Shown here piece by piece: positions 31,686 to 41,577 of a DNA stretch of 64,000 bases. Below the pieces are notes generated by a model, which ran no database searches, was not told where the DNA came from, and worked only from the letters and a program-made list of their open reading frames with translations. The DNA lies in assembly GCA_963768655.1 (NCBI GenBank), contig CAVYIM010000003.1, positions 192,001 to 256,000 of the forward strand. The letters are read 5' to 3'. How positions within the stretch are numbered: the stretch's first letter is position 1; each line of letters starts with the position of its first letter. Both the position numbers and the translations under genes were made by a program. Source of the DNA: an uncultured Chloroflexia bacterium (lineage in GTDB: Bacteria > Chloroflexota > Limnocylindria > Limnocylindrales > CSP1-4).

Positions 31686-32710
31686 GCGACCGCCGCGACG
31701 GGACGACCGCCACGACCGGACTCGCCGCGACGGCGCCGACCACCGGGGCGCCGGCGGCCGGGGCGACGGGCGCCACCACTACCGCGCCGTCGGACGCGAC
31801 AGCCGAAACGGCGGGCCCGCGGCTGCTGGCCGGCGGCCCCATAGCGGCCGAGATTCGAGCCGGCCTGACGGCCGAATTCGCCGCGTTCAAGGAGCACTGG
31901 GGTTACGTGCCCGCTATGGCCGTCGTCCTTGTCGGCGCGGACGCGCCCTCCGCTGTGTACCTCGGGCAGATCCTGCGGACGTGCGAGCGAGTGGGAGTCC
32001 AGGGCCGGCTCGTGGAGATCGCCCCGGACGTCACGGCGGATGCGCTCTGCAACGAGATCGAGCGCCTCAACGCCGACCCGGCCGTGGCCGGGATCATCGT
32101 CCAGATGCCGCTCCCGGCCCACATCCCGCTCCGGACCGTGATCGATTCGATCGACCCGGCCAAGGACATCGACGGCATCCATCCCCGCAACGCCGGCCTG
32201 CTCTCGCTCGGCTACGACGGCTTCCTGCCGGCGACGGCCCAGGCCTCGGTCGAGATCCTGAAGCGGTCCGGCATCGAGATCGCCGGCAAGCGCGTGGTCG
32301 TCGTCGGGCGTTCGAACGTGGTCGGCAAACCGGCGGCGCTGCTGCTCCTGCGCGAGCATGGGTCGGTCAGCATCCTCCACTCCAGGACGCGCGATCTGGC
32401 CCGCCACACCCGCGACGCCGAGATCCTGATCGTGGCGGCGGGGATGCCAGGCCTGGTTACCGGCGACATGCTCACGCCGGGAGTCGTGGTCGTGGACGTG
32501 GGCATCAACGTCGTGCCGGACGGCCGGGGCGGCGAGCGCCTCGTCGGCGACGTGGACTTCGAATCGGCGAAGGGCGTCGTCGGGGCGATCACGCCGGTGC
32601 CCGGCGGCGTCGGCCCACTAACGAACGCGCTCCTCCTGAGCCATCTCTTGCGGGCGGCCACGGACCAAGCCGAGCGCATGGCACAAGCCGGAGCGAACCG
32701 TGACGCCTGA
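31682..32710 (+). CDS. folD: Methylenetetrahydrofolate dehydrogenase/cyclohydrolase
   Basis: GIIVQMPLP, KDIDG, GRSNVVGKP and TPVPGGVGPLT. Confidence 0.97.
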   Translation: MSDRRDGTTATTGLAATAPTTGAPAAGATGATTTAPSDATAETAGPRLLAGGPIAAEIRAGLTAEFAAFKEHWGYVPAMAVVLVGADAPSAVYLGQILRTCERVGVQGRLVEIAPDVTADALCNEIERLNADPAVAGIIVQMPLPAHIPLRTVIDSIDPAKDIDGIHPRNAGLLSLGYDGFLPATAQASVEILKRSGIEIAGKRVVVVGRSNVVGKPAALLLLREHGSVSILHSRTRDLARHTRDAEILIVAAGMPGLVTGDMLTPGVVVVDVGINVVPDGRGGERLVGDVDFESAKGVVGAITPVPGGVGPLTNALLLSHLLRAATDQAERMAQAGANRDA

Positions 32711-33149
32711 GATTCCGGCACGGCAGCGTCACGGACCGCCGTTCTTGCGGCGGCGGCCCGCACCGGGGCAGGCCACCACCCAGACGATCGAGTCCGTCTG
32801 GTATCGGGCGACCACTCTAGCGGACGAGTACCGACGATCGCGGTTCATCTTCATGCATCGGGCGTATGAGGATAGAGGGTGCCTGGCCGTCTCGGAGCGT
32901 TCCGCCGAGTTCATCGGCGAGCACGGCCGGGTTGTGATAGCCGACGTCAAGAACGTCGCATACGGCACCTTCGCCGAGACTCTGCCTCTCGGAGCCAGAA
33001 GTGGCATCGTCAACAAGTGGGTTCTCGTCCGCTACGGAGTCGGCGAAGTGGCCATGCTGATGGACGGTCGATGGCGCGGCTGGGCAGCAGTCTTCGGCGG
33101 CATGCGCAGGATCCTAGAGGCCGTCTCCCATTTGGCGCCCCAGCCATGA
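32700..33149 (+). CDS. Hypothetical protein
   Basis: Fills the folD-fhs gap, overlapping both neighbours; no recognised motif. Confidence 0.55.
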   Translation: MTPEIPARQRHGPPFLRRRPAPGQATTQTIESVWYRATTLADEYRRSRFIFMHRAYEDRGCLAVSERSAEFIGEHGRVVIADVKNVAYGTFAETLPLGARSGIVNKWVLVRYGVGEVAMLMDGRWRGWAAVFGGMRRILEAVSHLAPQP

Positions 33150-34873
33150 CCGCCACTCCGATGCCCAGCAGCCTCGAGATCGCCCGGTCGGTGACTCCGC
33201 GGCCGATCATGGAGCTGGCCCGCGAGCTCGGCCTCCACGACGAAGAGGTCGAGCTGTACGGGCCGTACAAAGCCAAGATCAGCCTGGCCGGCATCACGCG
33301 GCTGGAGGCGGAGGCCGCGGCGAAGGGCAAGCACGGCAAGTACGTGGTCGTGACGGCTATCACGCCCACGCCGTTGGGCGAGGGCAAGACGACCACCAAC
33401 ATCGGCCTCGTCCAGGGCCTCAACCGGATCGGGCACAGGGCCGCCGTCTGCATTCGCCAGCCGTCGCTCGGGCCCGTCTTCGGCATCAAGGGCGGCGCCG
33501 CCGGCGGCGGCTACAGCCAGGTGATCCCGATGGAGGACTTCAACCTCCACCTCACCGGTGACAACCACGCCGTCGGAGCCGCGCATAACCTGCTCGCCGC
33601 CTTCGTCGACAACTCGCTGACCCACAACAATCCGCTCAACATCGATCCGTTGGGCGTGCTCTGGCCGCGGGTCGTCGACATCTCCGACCGAGCCGTCCGC
33701 AAGGCGATAATCGGCCTGGGCGGCCGAGAGAACGGCTACCCGCGCGAGACGGAATGGCAGATCACCGTCGCCAGCGAAGTGATGGCCGTCCTCGCTCTCG
33801 CATCCGACCTGCAGGACCTCCGCCGCCGGCTCGGCCGGATGGTCGTCGCGACCACCTTCGACGGCCGCCGCATCACCGCCGAAGACCTGCGGTGCGCCGG
33901 CTCGATGACGGTTCTGCTGCTCGACGCGATCAAGCCGAACCTCCTCCAGACCCTCGAAGGGGGGCCGGCCTTCGTCCATTGCGGCCCGTTCGCCAACATC
34001 GCCCACGGCAACAACAGCGTCCTGGCCGACCGCCTCGCGCTCGCGACCACGGAGATCGCCTGCACCGAGGCCGGCTTCGGTGCCGACATGGGCGCCGAGA
34101 AGTTCTTCGACATCAAGTGCCGCCAGAGCGGGCTCCGGCCCGACGCGGCCGTCATGGTCGCGACGGTCCGCGCTCTCAAGATGCACGGCGGCGTCGGGCG
34201 GATCGTCGCCGGCAAGCCGCTCGATCCGGCTCTCGAGCAGGAGAACGTCGAGGCGGTCCGGAAGGGCTCGGCCAACCTGGCCGCCCAGATCGAGAACGTC
34301 CGCGTCTTCAACGTCCCGGTGGTCGTGGCGGTCAACCACTACCCGGGCGACACCGAATCGGAAGTGGCCGCGATCCGGGAAGTGGCCCTGGCCGCCGGGG
34401 CGCGCGACGTGGTCGTGAGCCGCCACTTCGCCGAGGGCGGTGCCGGGGCTGAGGATCTGGCGCGGGCCGTCTGGTCGGCCGCGGAGGAAGGCGCCCCGAA
34501 CTTCCGGCTGCTGTACCCGGACGACCTCCCGCTCCGTGAGAAGATCGAGACGGTCGCGGTCAGAATCTACGGCGCCGGGGGCGTGGACGAGCTGCCGGCG
34601 GCGACCAGGGCGCTGAAGCTGTACGAAGACCTGGGCTTCGGCAACCTACCCGTGTGCATGGCCAAGACCCACCTCTCGTTGAGCCACGACCCGGGCCTCA
34701 AGGGCCGCCCGACCGGCTTCCGCGTCCCCATCCGCGAGGTCCGCCTCTCCGCCGGCGCGGGCTTCGTGACGCCGCTCCTGGGCGAGATGCGCACGATGCC
34801 GGGGCTACCCTCGCACCCCGCCGGCGAATCGATCGACATCGACGCTGACGGCAACATCGTAGGGCTGTTCTAG
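33146..34873 (+). CDS. fhs: Formate--tetrahydrofolate ligase
   Basis: TPTPLGEGKTTT, IKGGAAGGG, GPFANIAHG, TEAGFGADMG and RTMPGL. Confidence 0.98.
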   Translation: MTATPMPSSLEIARSVTPRPIMELARELGLHDEEVELYGPYKAKISLAGITRLEAEAAAKGKHGKYVVVTAITPTPLGEGKTTTNIGLVQGLNRIGHRAAVCIRQPSLGPVFGIKGGAAGGGYSQVIPMEDFNLHLTGDNHAVGAAHNLLAAFVDNSLTHNNPLNIDPLGVLWPRVVDISDRAVRKAIIGLGGRENGYPRETEWQITVASEVMAVLALASDLQDLRRRLGRMVVATTFDGRRITAEDLRCAGSMTVLLLDAIKPNLLQTLEGGPAFVHCGPFANIAHGNNSVLADRLALATTEIACTEAGFGADMGAEKFFDIKCRQSGLRPDAAVMVATVRALKMHGGVGRIVAGKPLDPALEQENVEAVRKGSANLAAQIENVRVFNVPVVVAVNHYPGDTESEVAAIREVALAAGARDVVVSRHFAEGGAGAEDLARAVWSAAEEGAPNFRLLYPDDLPLREKIETVAVRIYGAGGVDELPAATRALKLYEDLGFGNLPVCMAKTHLSLSHDPGLKGRPTGFRVPIREVRLSAGAGFVTPLLGEMRTMPGLPSHPAGESIDIDADGNIVGLF

Positions 34874-34999
34874 ACGGAGGCGCGGAGCGAGGCGGCGCGG
34901 CGGGATTCGCTGGCAATTGGTCTTGTGCCGACGCCGCATAATCCTGGGGACGAGCGCCCACGCATCGGAGAACGCTTCCTGGGCGGGGGGATTGGAGCC

Positions 35000-35521
35000 A
35001 TGGCGATTCAACAATGGCTACGTTGCGGAGCAGCGGACCCTGAGGGATACCAGTGCGTCCGGTTTCTCTCGCATGAAGGGCCCCACCAGTTTCGACGCTG
35101 TGATTGGACCGACCCTGCGGGATATCGCTGTTTCCTGCCCCCGTCGCATCCAGGCGACCACGAGCTGGCCTGGTTCGCCAGGCCGACTGCCCCCGGCGCG
35201 ACCCACACGGTTCGCTTTCGAGGGGACAACGAGGCGGCGGCAGCGCAGGCCGAGGGGGAGCTGCAGGAACTCGCCTTCAACCACTGGTTCCCCGTCTCGC
35301 AGACCTACGTTCCCGGATCCTGGGACGCCGTGACGTGGGCGGTGGCCATCCTCGCCGTCGTCATCGTCGTTGGGATCTTCGTCCTTCTCTACATGATCAG
35401 GTCGAAGCCGGCGGGCGCGCTCGTGGTCGTCTACGAATTCCGGCCGACGACCCCGACGGCCCCAACGACAGCCGCCGCGGACCGGGCCGAATTGGCCGAT
35501 GCGGCAGGCCCGCGCGTCTGA
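35000..35521 (+). CDS. Hypothetical membrane protein with tandem C-x8-C-x5-H-x3-H motifs
   Basis: GGAG then ATG 35000; two Cys/His repeats and one TM. Confidence 0.7.
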   Translation: MAIQQWLRCGAADPEGYQCVRFLSHEGPHQFRRCDWTDPAGYRCFLPPSHPGDHELAWFARPTAPGATHTVRFRGDNEAAAAQAEGELQELAFNHWFPVSQTYVPGSWDAVTWAVAILAVVIVVGIFVLLYMIRSKPAGALVVVYEFRPTTPTAPTTAAADRAELADAAGPRV

Positions 35522-35569
35522 CCAGGCAGCGCCCAACCGGTCGCCATGGCTCGCCCGTAGACTTCAGTC

Positions 35570-36298
35570 ATGCTGACGTTGATCCTCACCCGCCACGGTC
35601 AGGCCGCCGAGGGCGACCTCATGCTCGGCGGTCAGCTCGACGTGCCGCTCCTCCCCGGAGGGCGAGAGGAGGCCGAGGCGCTGGCCCGCCGGCTGTCCGG
35701 CGTTCGGATCGATCGAATCATCGCCAGCCCGATGCTGCGGGCGCTCGAGACGGCCCAGACGATCGCGACCGGACGCCCGGTCGAGGTGGACGAGCGGCTG
35801 CGCGAGCTCGACTACGGTCGGTGGGAAGGGCTGACGTACGCGGAGATCGACGCCCACGATCCGGAGTTGCGGGCGCGCTGGGAACACGATCCTGCGGCGA
35901 CTCACTCCCCCGGCGGCGAATTGGGCGAGGACGCCGCGGCCCGAGTCCTAAGCTTCCTGGTCGATCTGCTTTCGGCCGAAGAGTTGGCCTACACCGGCGC
36001 CCCGGGCGGGCGGCATTCACCGGACCCAGGTGGCTCGAGGCCGATCGTGTCGGAGGCGCAGGCAGAGACCGCGGGCGAGCGCCGCGTGCTCGTCGTCGCC
36101 CACGGCACCCTCAATCGCATCCTCCTGTGTGTCGCGCTCGCCATCCCCGTCCGCGACTACCGCCGCCGTTTCGTCCAGGACCGAACGAACCTGACGGTCC
36201 TTCGATATGAGCCCGGCGACACTCCGGACGGCGCTCAGCTGGTGCTCGGCAACGACATCGCCCATCTCCGCTCGCCCGGCGAGGCGCCCTGGGGCTGA
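35570..36298 (+). CDS. Histidine phosphatase (phosphoglycerate mutase-like) family protein
   Basis: LTRHGQ, SPMLRA.ETA, LRELDYGRWEG and VAHG. Confidence 0.92.
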   Translation: MLTLILTRHGQAAEGDLMLGGQLDVPLLPGGREEAEALARRLSGVRIDRIIASPMLRALETAQTIATGRPVEVDERLRELDYGRWEGLTYAEIDAHDPELRARWEHDPAATHSPGGELGEDAAARVLSFLVDLLSAEELAYTGAPGGRHSPDPGGSRPIVSEAQAETAGERRVLVVAHGTLNRILLCVALAIPVRDYRRRFVQDRTNLTVLRYEPGDTPDGAQLVLGNDIAHLRSPGEAPWG

Positions 36299-36489
36299 GG
36301 AGCTGCGGTGGAGGCCCGGGCCGCGGATCGCGTGCCCGAGGGCCGCGTCTCGAACTTGCGCGCCGGCAGCCAGCGCCGCCGATGTCCGCCCAGGGCCGTG
36401 TGGCCGTCTGCGCCATCGCGCATCGAGTGGCAGACTGGCGCTGAGGGACCTGACCGTCACCGGAACGACCGCCTGACCGCCTGGAGGAA

Positions 36490-37758
36490 TTGACCCGGGT
36501 GTTTCGCGCAGCTACGGCCTACGTCATCCTGTTCGCCGCCGTCGGCGCGTATTCCCCGTTCCTGCAGCAGTACTACCAGAGCCTCGGCATCCCGCTGCCT
36601 GAGATCGGGCTGCTGGCGGCCTTCACCTCGGCCGTGGTCGTCGGCACGGCGCCGGTGTGGGGTGCGATCCACGACCGCATTCCGGCTTCGCGGCTGCTCA
36701 TCCCGTTGGCGGCCGTGATCGCCACGTCCGGGGCCGTGGGCCTGGCCACGGCCGGTGCGACGCCTCTGATCGTGCTGGCCGCGGCCGTCTGGGCCATCGG
36801 CATGGCCGGCATGAGTCCGATGATGGACGTCCGCGTCCTGTCGATGGTCGGGGCAGACCGAACCCGCTACAGCTGGATTCGGGCCTGCGGGTCGGCCAGC
36901 TTCATCGTCTTCGCGCCCGTGGTCGGCATCGTCGTAGATCGTGGCGGCATGAGCGCCATGTTCCTGATCATGGTCCCGGCCCTGGCCCTGGCCGGTGTTG
37001 CAGCCATCGCGCTGCCTCCCCGACCGGACTCGGTCCGCGCCCCGAGCCTCCGCCGGGCTCCCGGCACAGTCCTGCGTCACCGTCCCATCGCCCTGTTCCT
37101 CGTCGGCGCGCTGGTGGCCTGGACTGCCATCTCCGCGCAGACCTCGTTCTTCTCGATCTACCTGCGGAGTCTCGGGGCGCCGGGCAGCGTGGTCGGCTGG
37201 ACATGGGCCATCGCCGCGACGCTGGAGGTCCCGACCATGTTCCTCTTCCCATGGCTGGCCAGGCGGTTCGGGGTCGAGCGCCTGATCGTCGCCGGGGCGA
37301 CGATCACGTTCACGCGCCAGGTTGCCAACGCCGTCTTCACCGCCCCGGCGCTGCTCCTTGCCTGCTCGCTGATGCAGGGCGCGGGCTACGCGCTGATCCT
37401 GATCGGGGGGATCACATTCGTGTCCCTAAGGGCGCCCAAGGGGACCGCGGCCACGGCCCAGGCGATCCTCAGCGGCGTGACCGCCAGCCTGGCCGCGATC
37501 CTCGGCTCCGGCGTCGGAGGTCAGCTGGCGGGCCTGCTGACGATCCGCGGACTCTATGTCGTGTCCGCCTGCCTGGGTGCGCTGGGCGTTGTGATGATCG
37601 CCGTCGCCGTATTGCCGTTGGCCCGAGATCAGGTGGCGCCGCCAGCGCGTTCCGGAGCCGCCGCCCCAGCGACTGCCACGGCCGTTTCGCCCGCCACGCC
37701 GCCCGCCGCGCCGCCGCGCGCCGACGCGCTGGCCGAGACTACAGACCGAGGCGCCTGA
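36490..37758 (+). CDS. MFS transporter (MFS_1-like)
   Basis: About 12 TM; YSPFL..Y, WGAIHDR and RYSWIRACGS; GGAGG then TTG. Confidence 0.88.
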   Translation: MTRVFRAATAYVILFAAVGAYSPFLQQYYQSLGIPLPEIGLLAAFTSAVVVGTAPVWGAIHDRIPASRLLIPLAAVIATSGAVGLATAGATPLIVLAAAVWAIGMAGMSPMMDVRVLSMVGADRTRYSWIRACGSASFIVFAPVVGIVVDRGGMSAMFLIMVPALALAGVAAIALPPRPDSVRAPSLRRAPGTVLRHRPIALFLVGALVAWTAISAQTSFFSIYLRSLGAPGSVVGWTWAIAATLEVPTMFLFPWLARRFGVERLIVAGATITFTRQVANAVFTAPALLLACSLMQGAGYALILIGGITFVSLRAPKGTAATAQAILSGVTASLAAILGSGVGGQLAGLLTIRGLYVVSACLGALGVVMIAVAVLPLARDQVAPPARSGAAAPATATAVSPATPPAAPPRADALAETTDRGA

Positions 37759-38986
37759 TTCGAGCTCGAATCGTGTTCGCCACTGTCTGCGCCCCGAGAT
37801 CGGTAAAGTGCAGGCCGTCCGAGGTGTACTTGGGGTAGTAGACCCCGTTGGCATTGGCGAGGGGCGCATGGATGTCGACGTAAGTGACCCGCTGTGAGTT
37901 GCAGAGGTTGATGATCGCGGCGTTCAGCGAATTGATCCGGGCCACCATGGAGGGGTACGAGTCGGGCGGGACGAGCAGGAGGATGACCGTGATCTTGTGC
38001 GCCCTGGCGCCGACGATGATCGCCCGCAAGTTCGCGATGGTGGCGCTCCCGCTGATGCCCTCACCCAGGTCGTTCGTGCCGCCCAACACGAACAGCACGT
38101 TGGGGTTGTAGTCGTACACGTCGGTGGTGAGACGGGCCCGCATTTCTGCGGTCGTGTTGCCGGGCACGCCGGCGTTGTGAATCAGCCGGAGAGATGCGTC
38201 CTCCGCATCCAGCCGCGTCGGCCACGGCGTGTCGGGCCACGCAGTGAGCGAGTCTCCCAGGGCCACGAAAGTCCGGGCAATCACCGGCTTCGGCGTCGCC
38301 TTCCGGGCCGGCGCCTTGGGTTTGGGTGTCGGCGATGGGGTTGGCGTCGGCGCCGGCACGGTCGAGTCGGGCGAGGGCGAGCCAGCCGGTTCGGGCGTGC
38401 CGGCCGGGGTCGCAGGAGCCGTCGCGGTCGGATCGGCCGTGATGTCGCCGGCGACCATCCCGCTGCTCGGCGAAGGTGACATCGACCCGGCGCCCGCGAT
38501 GGGCCCCGTGACTGAGAACAGGGAAGCAACGACCAGGAGCGTGAGCACCGCTACCACCTCTCGCCGCCTCGGCTCGCTGGGGAGAAATCGGCGCCCAATC
38601 CGAACCACGGCGTTCTCGATAGACGCTCCGGTGCCGCCGGTCGTACCCGCGGAGCCGGCCGGCGATCCCACTCCCGCAGCGCCACTGCCTGCCGAACCTG
38701 CCCCTGCGGCGCCACGGCCGCCTGCCGCTCCGGCCGCGCCCAACCAGCCCAGGAGCGACCGGTGCGGAGCCCGCGCCATGTGTCTGGCCGACTCGGCCAT
38801 GTGACGCGGGTCCGGATGAGCCATGGGCCGGGGCGCCGCCGGCATGAAGAAGACGGCGCGCAGCCAACCGGGGAGCCAGCGACCGTGGCGAGTACCGCTC
38901 GACGGGCCGGCCTGGGTACTTTGCCCTTGCGCCGCTCGGTCTCGGACGGGCCCGCTCGAGGAGCCGCGACCGCGTATCCCGCTCAC
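37739..38986 (-). CDS. Membrane-anchored SGNH/GDSL hydrolase
   Basis: FVALGDSLT, NAGVPG, GGTND and DGLH; TM plus PT linker; start uncertain. Confidence 0.9.
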   Translation of the reverse strand: MSGIRGRGSSSGPVRDRAAQGQSTQAGPSSGTRHGRWLPGWLRAVFFMPAAPRPMAHPDPRHMAESARHMARAPHRSLLGWLGAAGAAGGRGAAGAGSAGSGAAGVGSPAGSAGTTGGTGASIENAVVRIGRRFLPSEPRRREVVAVLTLLVVASLFSVTGPIAGAGSMSPSPSSGMVAGDITADPTATAPATPAGTPEPAGSPSPDSTVPAPTPTPSPTPKPKAPARKATPKPVIARTFVALGDSLTAWPDTPWPTRLDAEDASLRLIHNAGVPGNTTAEMRARLTTDVYDYNPNVLFVLGGTNDLGEGISGSATIANLRAIIVGARAHKITVILLLVPPDSYPSMVARINSLNAAIINLCNSQRVTYVDIHAPLANANGVYYPKYTSDGLHFTDLGAQTVANTIRARIRRLGL

Positions 38987-39176
38987 GCGGCCAGTGCGCT
39001 AATCGGTTCGTTCAGCATGGGGACGCGCTCCGTGCCGTTGATGGCCGACAGCCCGGTCTTCCCCGGACGCCGCCTTCAGTCTGCCACGGAACGGGTCGAT
39101 CGCGCACGCGAGCGTACACCCAGGCCGGAGTATCTCGGCCGAATAGCCGCTCACGTACGCCTCGGGACGGGTCTGG

Positions 39177-39842
39177 TCAGGCTCCCTGCTCTGCACGACG
39201 CCAGCCGGGATGGCCGAGACGCCACCAGACGAAGCCAACCACGGCGAGCAGACACGCGACCATGATCAGCGTGTCGAAGGGCCGGAGGCTGTCGCGGATC
39301 TGGGTCCAGTTCGAGCCCAGGACAGTCCCGGCGTACACCAGCGCCACAGTCCATGGGATGACGCCCAGAGCGGAGAAGCCCACGAACTGCCGAAATGGCA
39401 TGCGCGCGACTCCCGCCGCAAAGCCGATGACGCTCCGAACGCCCGGCAGCAGGCGGCCGATGAAGGCGGTGGGGGCACCCCAGCGCGCGAAGAAGCCTTC
39501 GGCCTGCCCGATCTCGTGCTTGCGAATCAGCAGGTACCTGCCCCACCGGTCGAGGAATGGCCGGCCGAGATGAGACCCGAGGAAATATCCGAAGCAGGCC
39601 CCGGTGAGGTCGCCCGCCACGCCGACGGCCACTACGACCCAGAAGTTCCAGCCGGCATGAGTAAGAGGCTCGATCTGCTTGGGATCGCTGACCATCCAGC
39701 CGGCCATGGGCAGGATCAGCTCGGACGGAATGGGCAGCAGGGTGGCCTCGAGCGTCATCGCCAGGAACACGCCCAGATAGCCAACGGTGGCGTAAAGACT
39801 GGTCAGGAACGGGATGACTGCTGTGTCGAGAAAGCTGAGCAC
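39177..39842 (-). CDS. DedA family protein
   Basis: PIPSELILPMAG and GRLLPGVRS. Confidence 0.93.
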   Translation of the reverse strand: MLSFLDTAVIPFLTSLYATVGYLGVFLAMTLEATLLPIPSELILPMAGWMVSDPKQIEPLTHAGWNFWVVVAVGVAGDLTGACFGYFLGSHLGRPFLDRWGRYLLIRKHEIGQAEGFFARWGAPTAFIGRLLPGVRSVIGFAAGVARMPFRQFVGFSALGVIPWTVALVYAGTVLGSNWTQIRDSLRPFDTLIMVACLLAVVGFVWWRLGHPGWRRAEQGA

Positions 39843-40017
39843 TGGGCCCTCGAAGTGCTAGGCGTCGCGGGTCGTCTGGTGACGGTGGCCGACCGTTGGG
39901 CAGGATACCCGAGCCGCGGCCGGGTGTGTGGCTCGGTCTCGCGTCGCCCCGTCCGGTGAGTCGCAACGCGGCAGCCAGCCGTCGCCGGCGCCGAGAACGT
40001 CCCGGAGACGCCGGGAA

Positions 40018-40920
40018 CTAGGCCAGCAGGACCGGCCTGTCCTGGCCGGCACAGCGATCGATGGCACGCCGAACGCGAACGGCGTCGGCCAGGCCGGCCC
40101 GCTGCAAAGCCCAGAGGGCCGGCAGCAGCCGCGGATCGCGGGCCTCTGCGGCGGCGTCGAGCTCGAGCCCGACGACCGTCGGCGACTCCAGCGCCCTGAT
40201 GAGATGCGGCACTGCCCGTGGATCACGCCGGACCGCCAGGCCGAAGAGCGCCTCGGCGCGCGTCGCATGGTATGGGTCATCGGCCCGAGCCAGCAGAGCC
40301 GCGCGCACGTCCGGCCCGTCGTCGCTCGAAAGCGTGCCCAGCCCGAAGGTTGCCCAGTCGCGTACCTCTGGCTCCGAGTCGCCGGAGAGCTTGATCAGCG
40401 CGAACCGCACGTCGTGGCTCAGCGGCTGGGGGCTCAGCGTCGCGACGGCGAAGGCGACGGCGAGTCGAACGCCCGCGTCCGAGTTACCGGCCAGTGGGAC
40501 GATCTGGTTGAGTGCCTCCAGGGAGCCGACATGGCCGAGGGCAGCGACCATCGACGCAGTCGCGCAGGCATCGCTTTCGGAGGAGAGTGCTGTCAGCAGC
40601 GCGGCGAGCGCGGCGGGTCGGGCGCCCGCATCGACGCCCACGAGCCGACCCAGGATGTCTGCCCCGAGCGTTCGCTCGCGGCCCGTCCTGTCGCGCAGCA
40701 ACCGCTGGCACATCTCGAGGACGTCGTCCGGGCACTCGCCTACGATGCCGCCGATCAGGTCCCAGCGGCAGTCTTCATCGACGGTAGCGAGCGCGGCCTC
40801 GACACGGACGTCAAGCGCCCTCATGAGATCACCTCGTGCAGTGTCGTGCGACCGCCCCCCGGCCGCGCGAAGTTTCGTTCTTTGCGGGACCTCGCCGCGG
40901 CCCTTCCCCTGCCGCGTCAA
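40018..40920 (-). CDS. HEAT-repeat protein
   Basis: VRLAVAFAV, D.EPEVRDWATFGLG and TRAEALFGLA; start uncertain. Confidence 0.8.
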   Translation of the reverse strand: MTRQGKGRGEVPQRTKLRAAGGRSHDTARGDLMRALDVRVEAALATVDEDCRWDLIGGIVGECPDDVLEMCQRLLRDRTGRERTLGADILGRLVGVDAGARPAALAALLTALSSESDACATASMVAALGHVGSLEALNQIVPLAGNSDAGVRLAVAFAVATLSPQPLSHDVRFALIKLSGDSEPEVRDWATFGLGTLSSDDGPDVRAALLARADDPYHATRAEALFGLAVRRDPRAVPHLIRALESPTVVGLELDAAAEARDPRLLPALWALQRAGLADAVRVRRAIDRCAGQDRPVLLA

Positions 40921-41165
40921 AACTACCTTAACGATCCCGCAATCTTCTGCAGTTCAGTCGCGCAGGAGGGAACGGCAGGTACGTCAGGCGAGCTAACGCC
41001 GGCGTGACGACCCGATCGAGCGGCGGGGCCTGACTCGTCCGGGCGGCACCCATATGGAACGCGGGCCGTCGAAAACCTACCCCTTGCGCCGAAGCCGGCG
41101 AGGTGGATTGCCGATTCGACCGTCCGTCGGGACGGCCGCGGCCTACTCTCTTGCTTGTGACCGAC

Positions 41166-41537
41166 ATGAGCTCCGTGGTGAATGCGGCCTTTCTCGCCAG
41201 CGCGGGCGGCGGAGTGCTCCTGTTTGGCCTCTATGCGCTCTCGAAACGGGGGGCGCGGCTCGGACGCATCGAGGTGCGAATGAGCGATGCTGTCTTCGGG
41301 GGATTGCTGTTCGCCTTCGTCGGGCCGCTTGTAATCGTTTCGGGGGCAGGACGCTACATCCTTCAAGCGAACACTGGCTACTACGGCACTCTGGACGACT
41401 TCCGCAACAGCGCAATGTTCCTGGATCTTTGCTGGTTCTTCGTCGTTGCGGTTGCGCCAGCGGTCTGCCTTCTCGGGTTCGCCTTGCTCGGGTCAGTTGC
41501 ATTCCGCCGCTGGAGAGTGCGTCGGCGACGCAAATAG
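41166..41537 (+). CDS. Hypothetical small membrane protein
   Basis: 3-4 hydrophobic segments and a basic C-terminus. Confidence 0.6.
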   Translation: MSSVVNAAFLASAGGGVLLFGLYALSKRGARLGRIEVRMSDAVFGGLLFAFVGPLVIVSGAGRYILQANTGYYGTLDDFRNSAMFLDLCWFFVVAVAPAVCLLGFALLGSVAFRRWRVRRRRK

Positions 41538-41577
41538 GTCTGGACTCCCAGCCGGTGGCTACGCCAGCCTTCGACGC

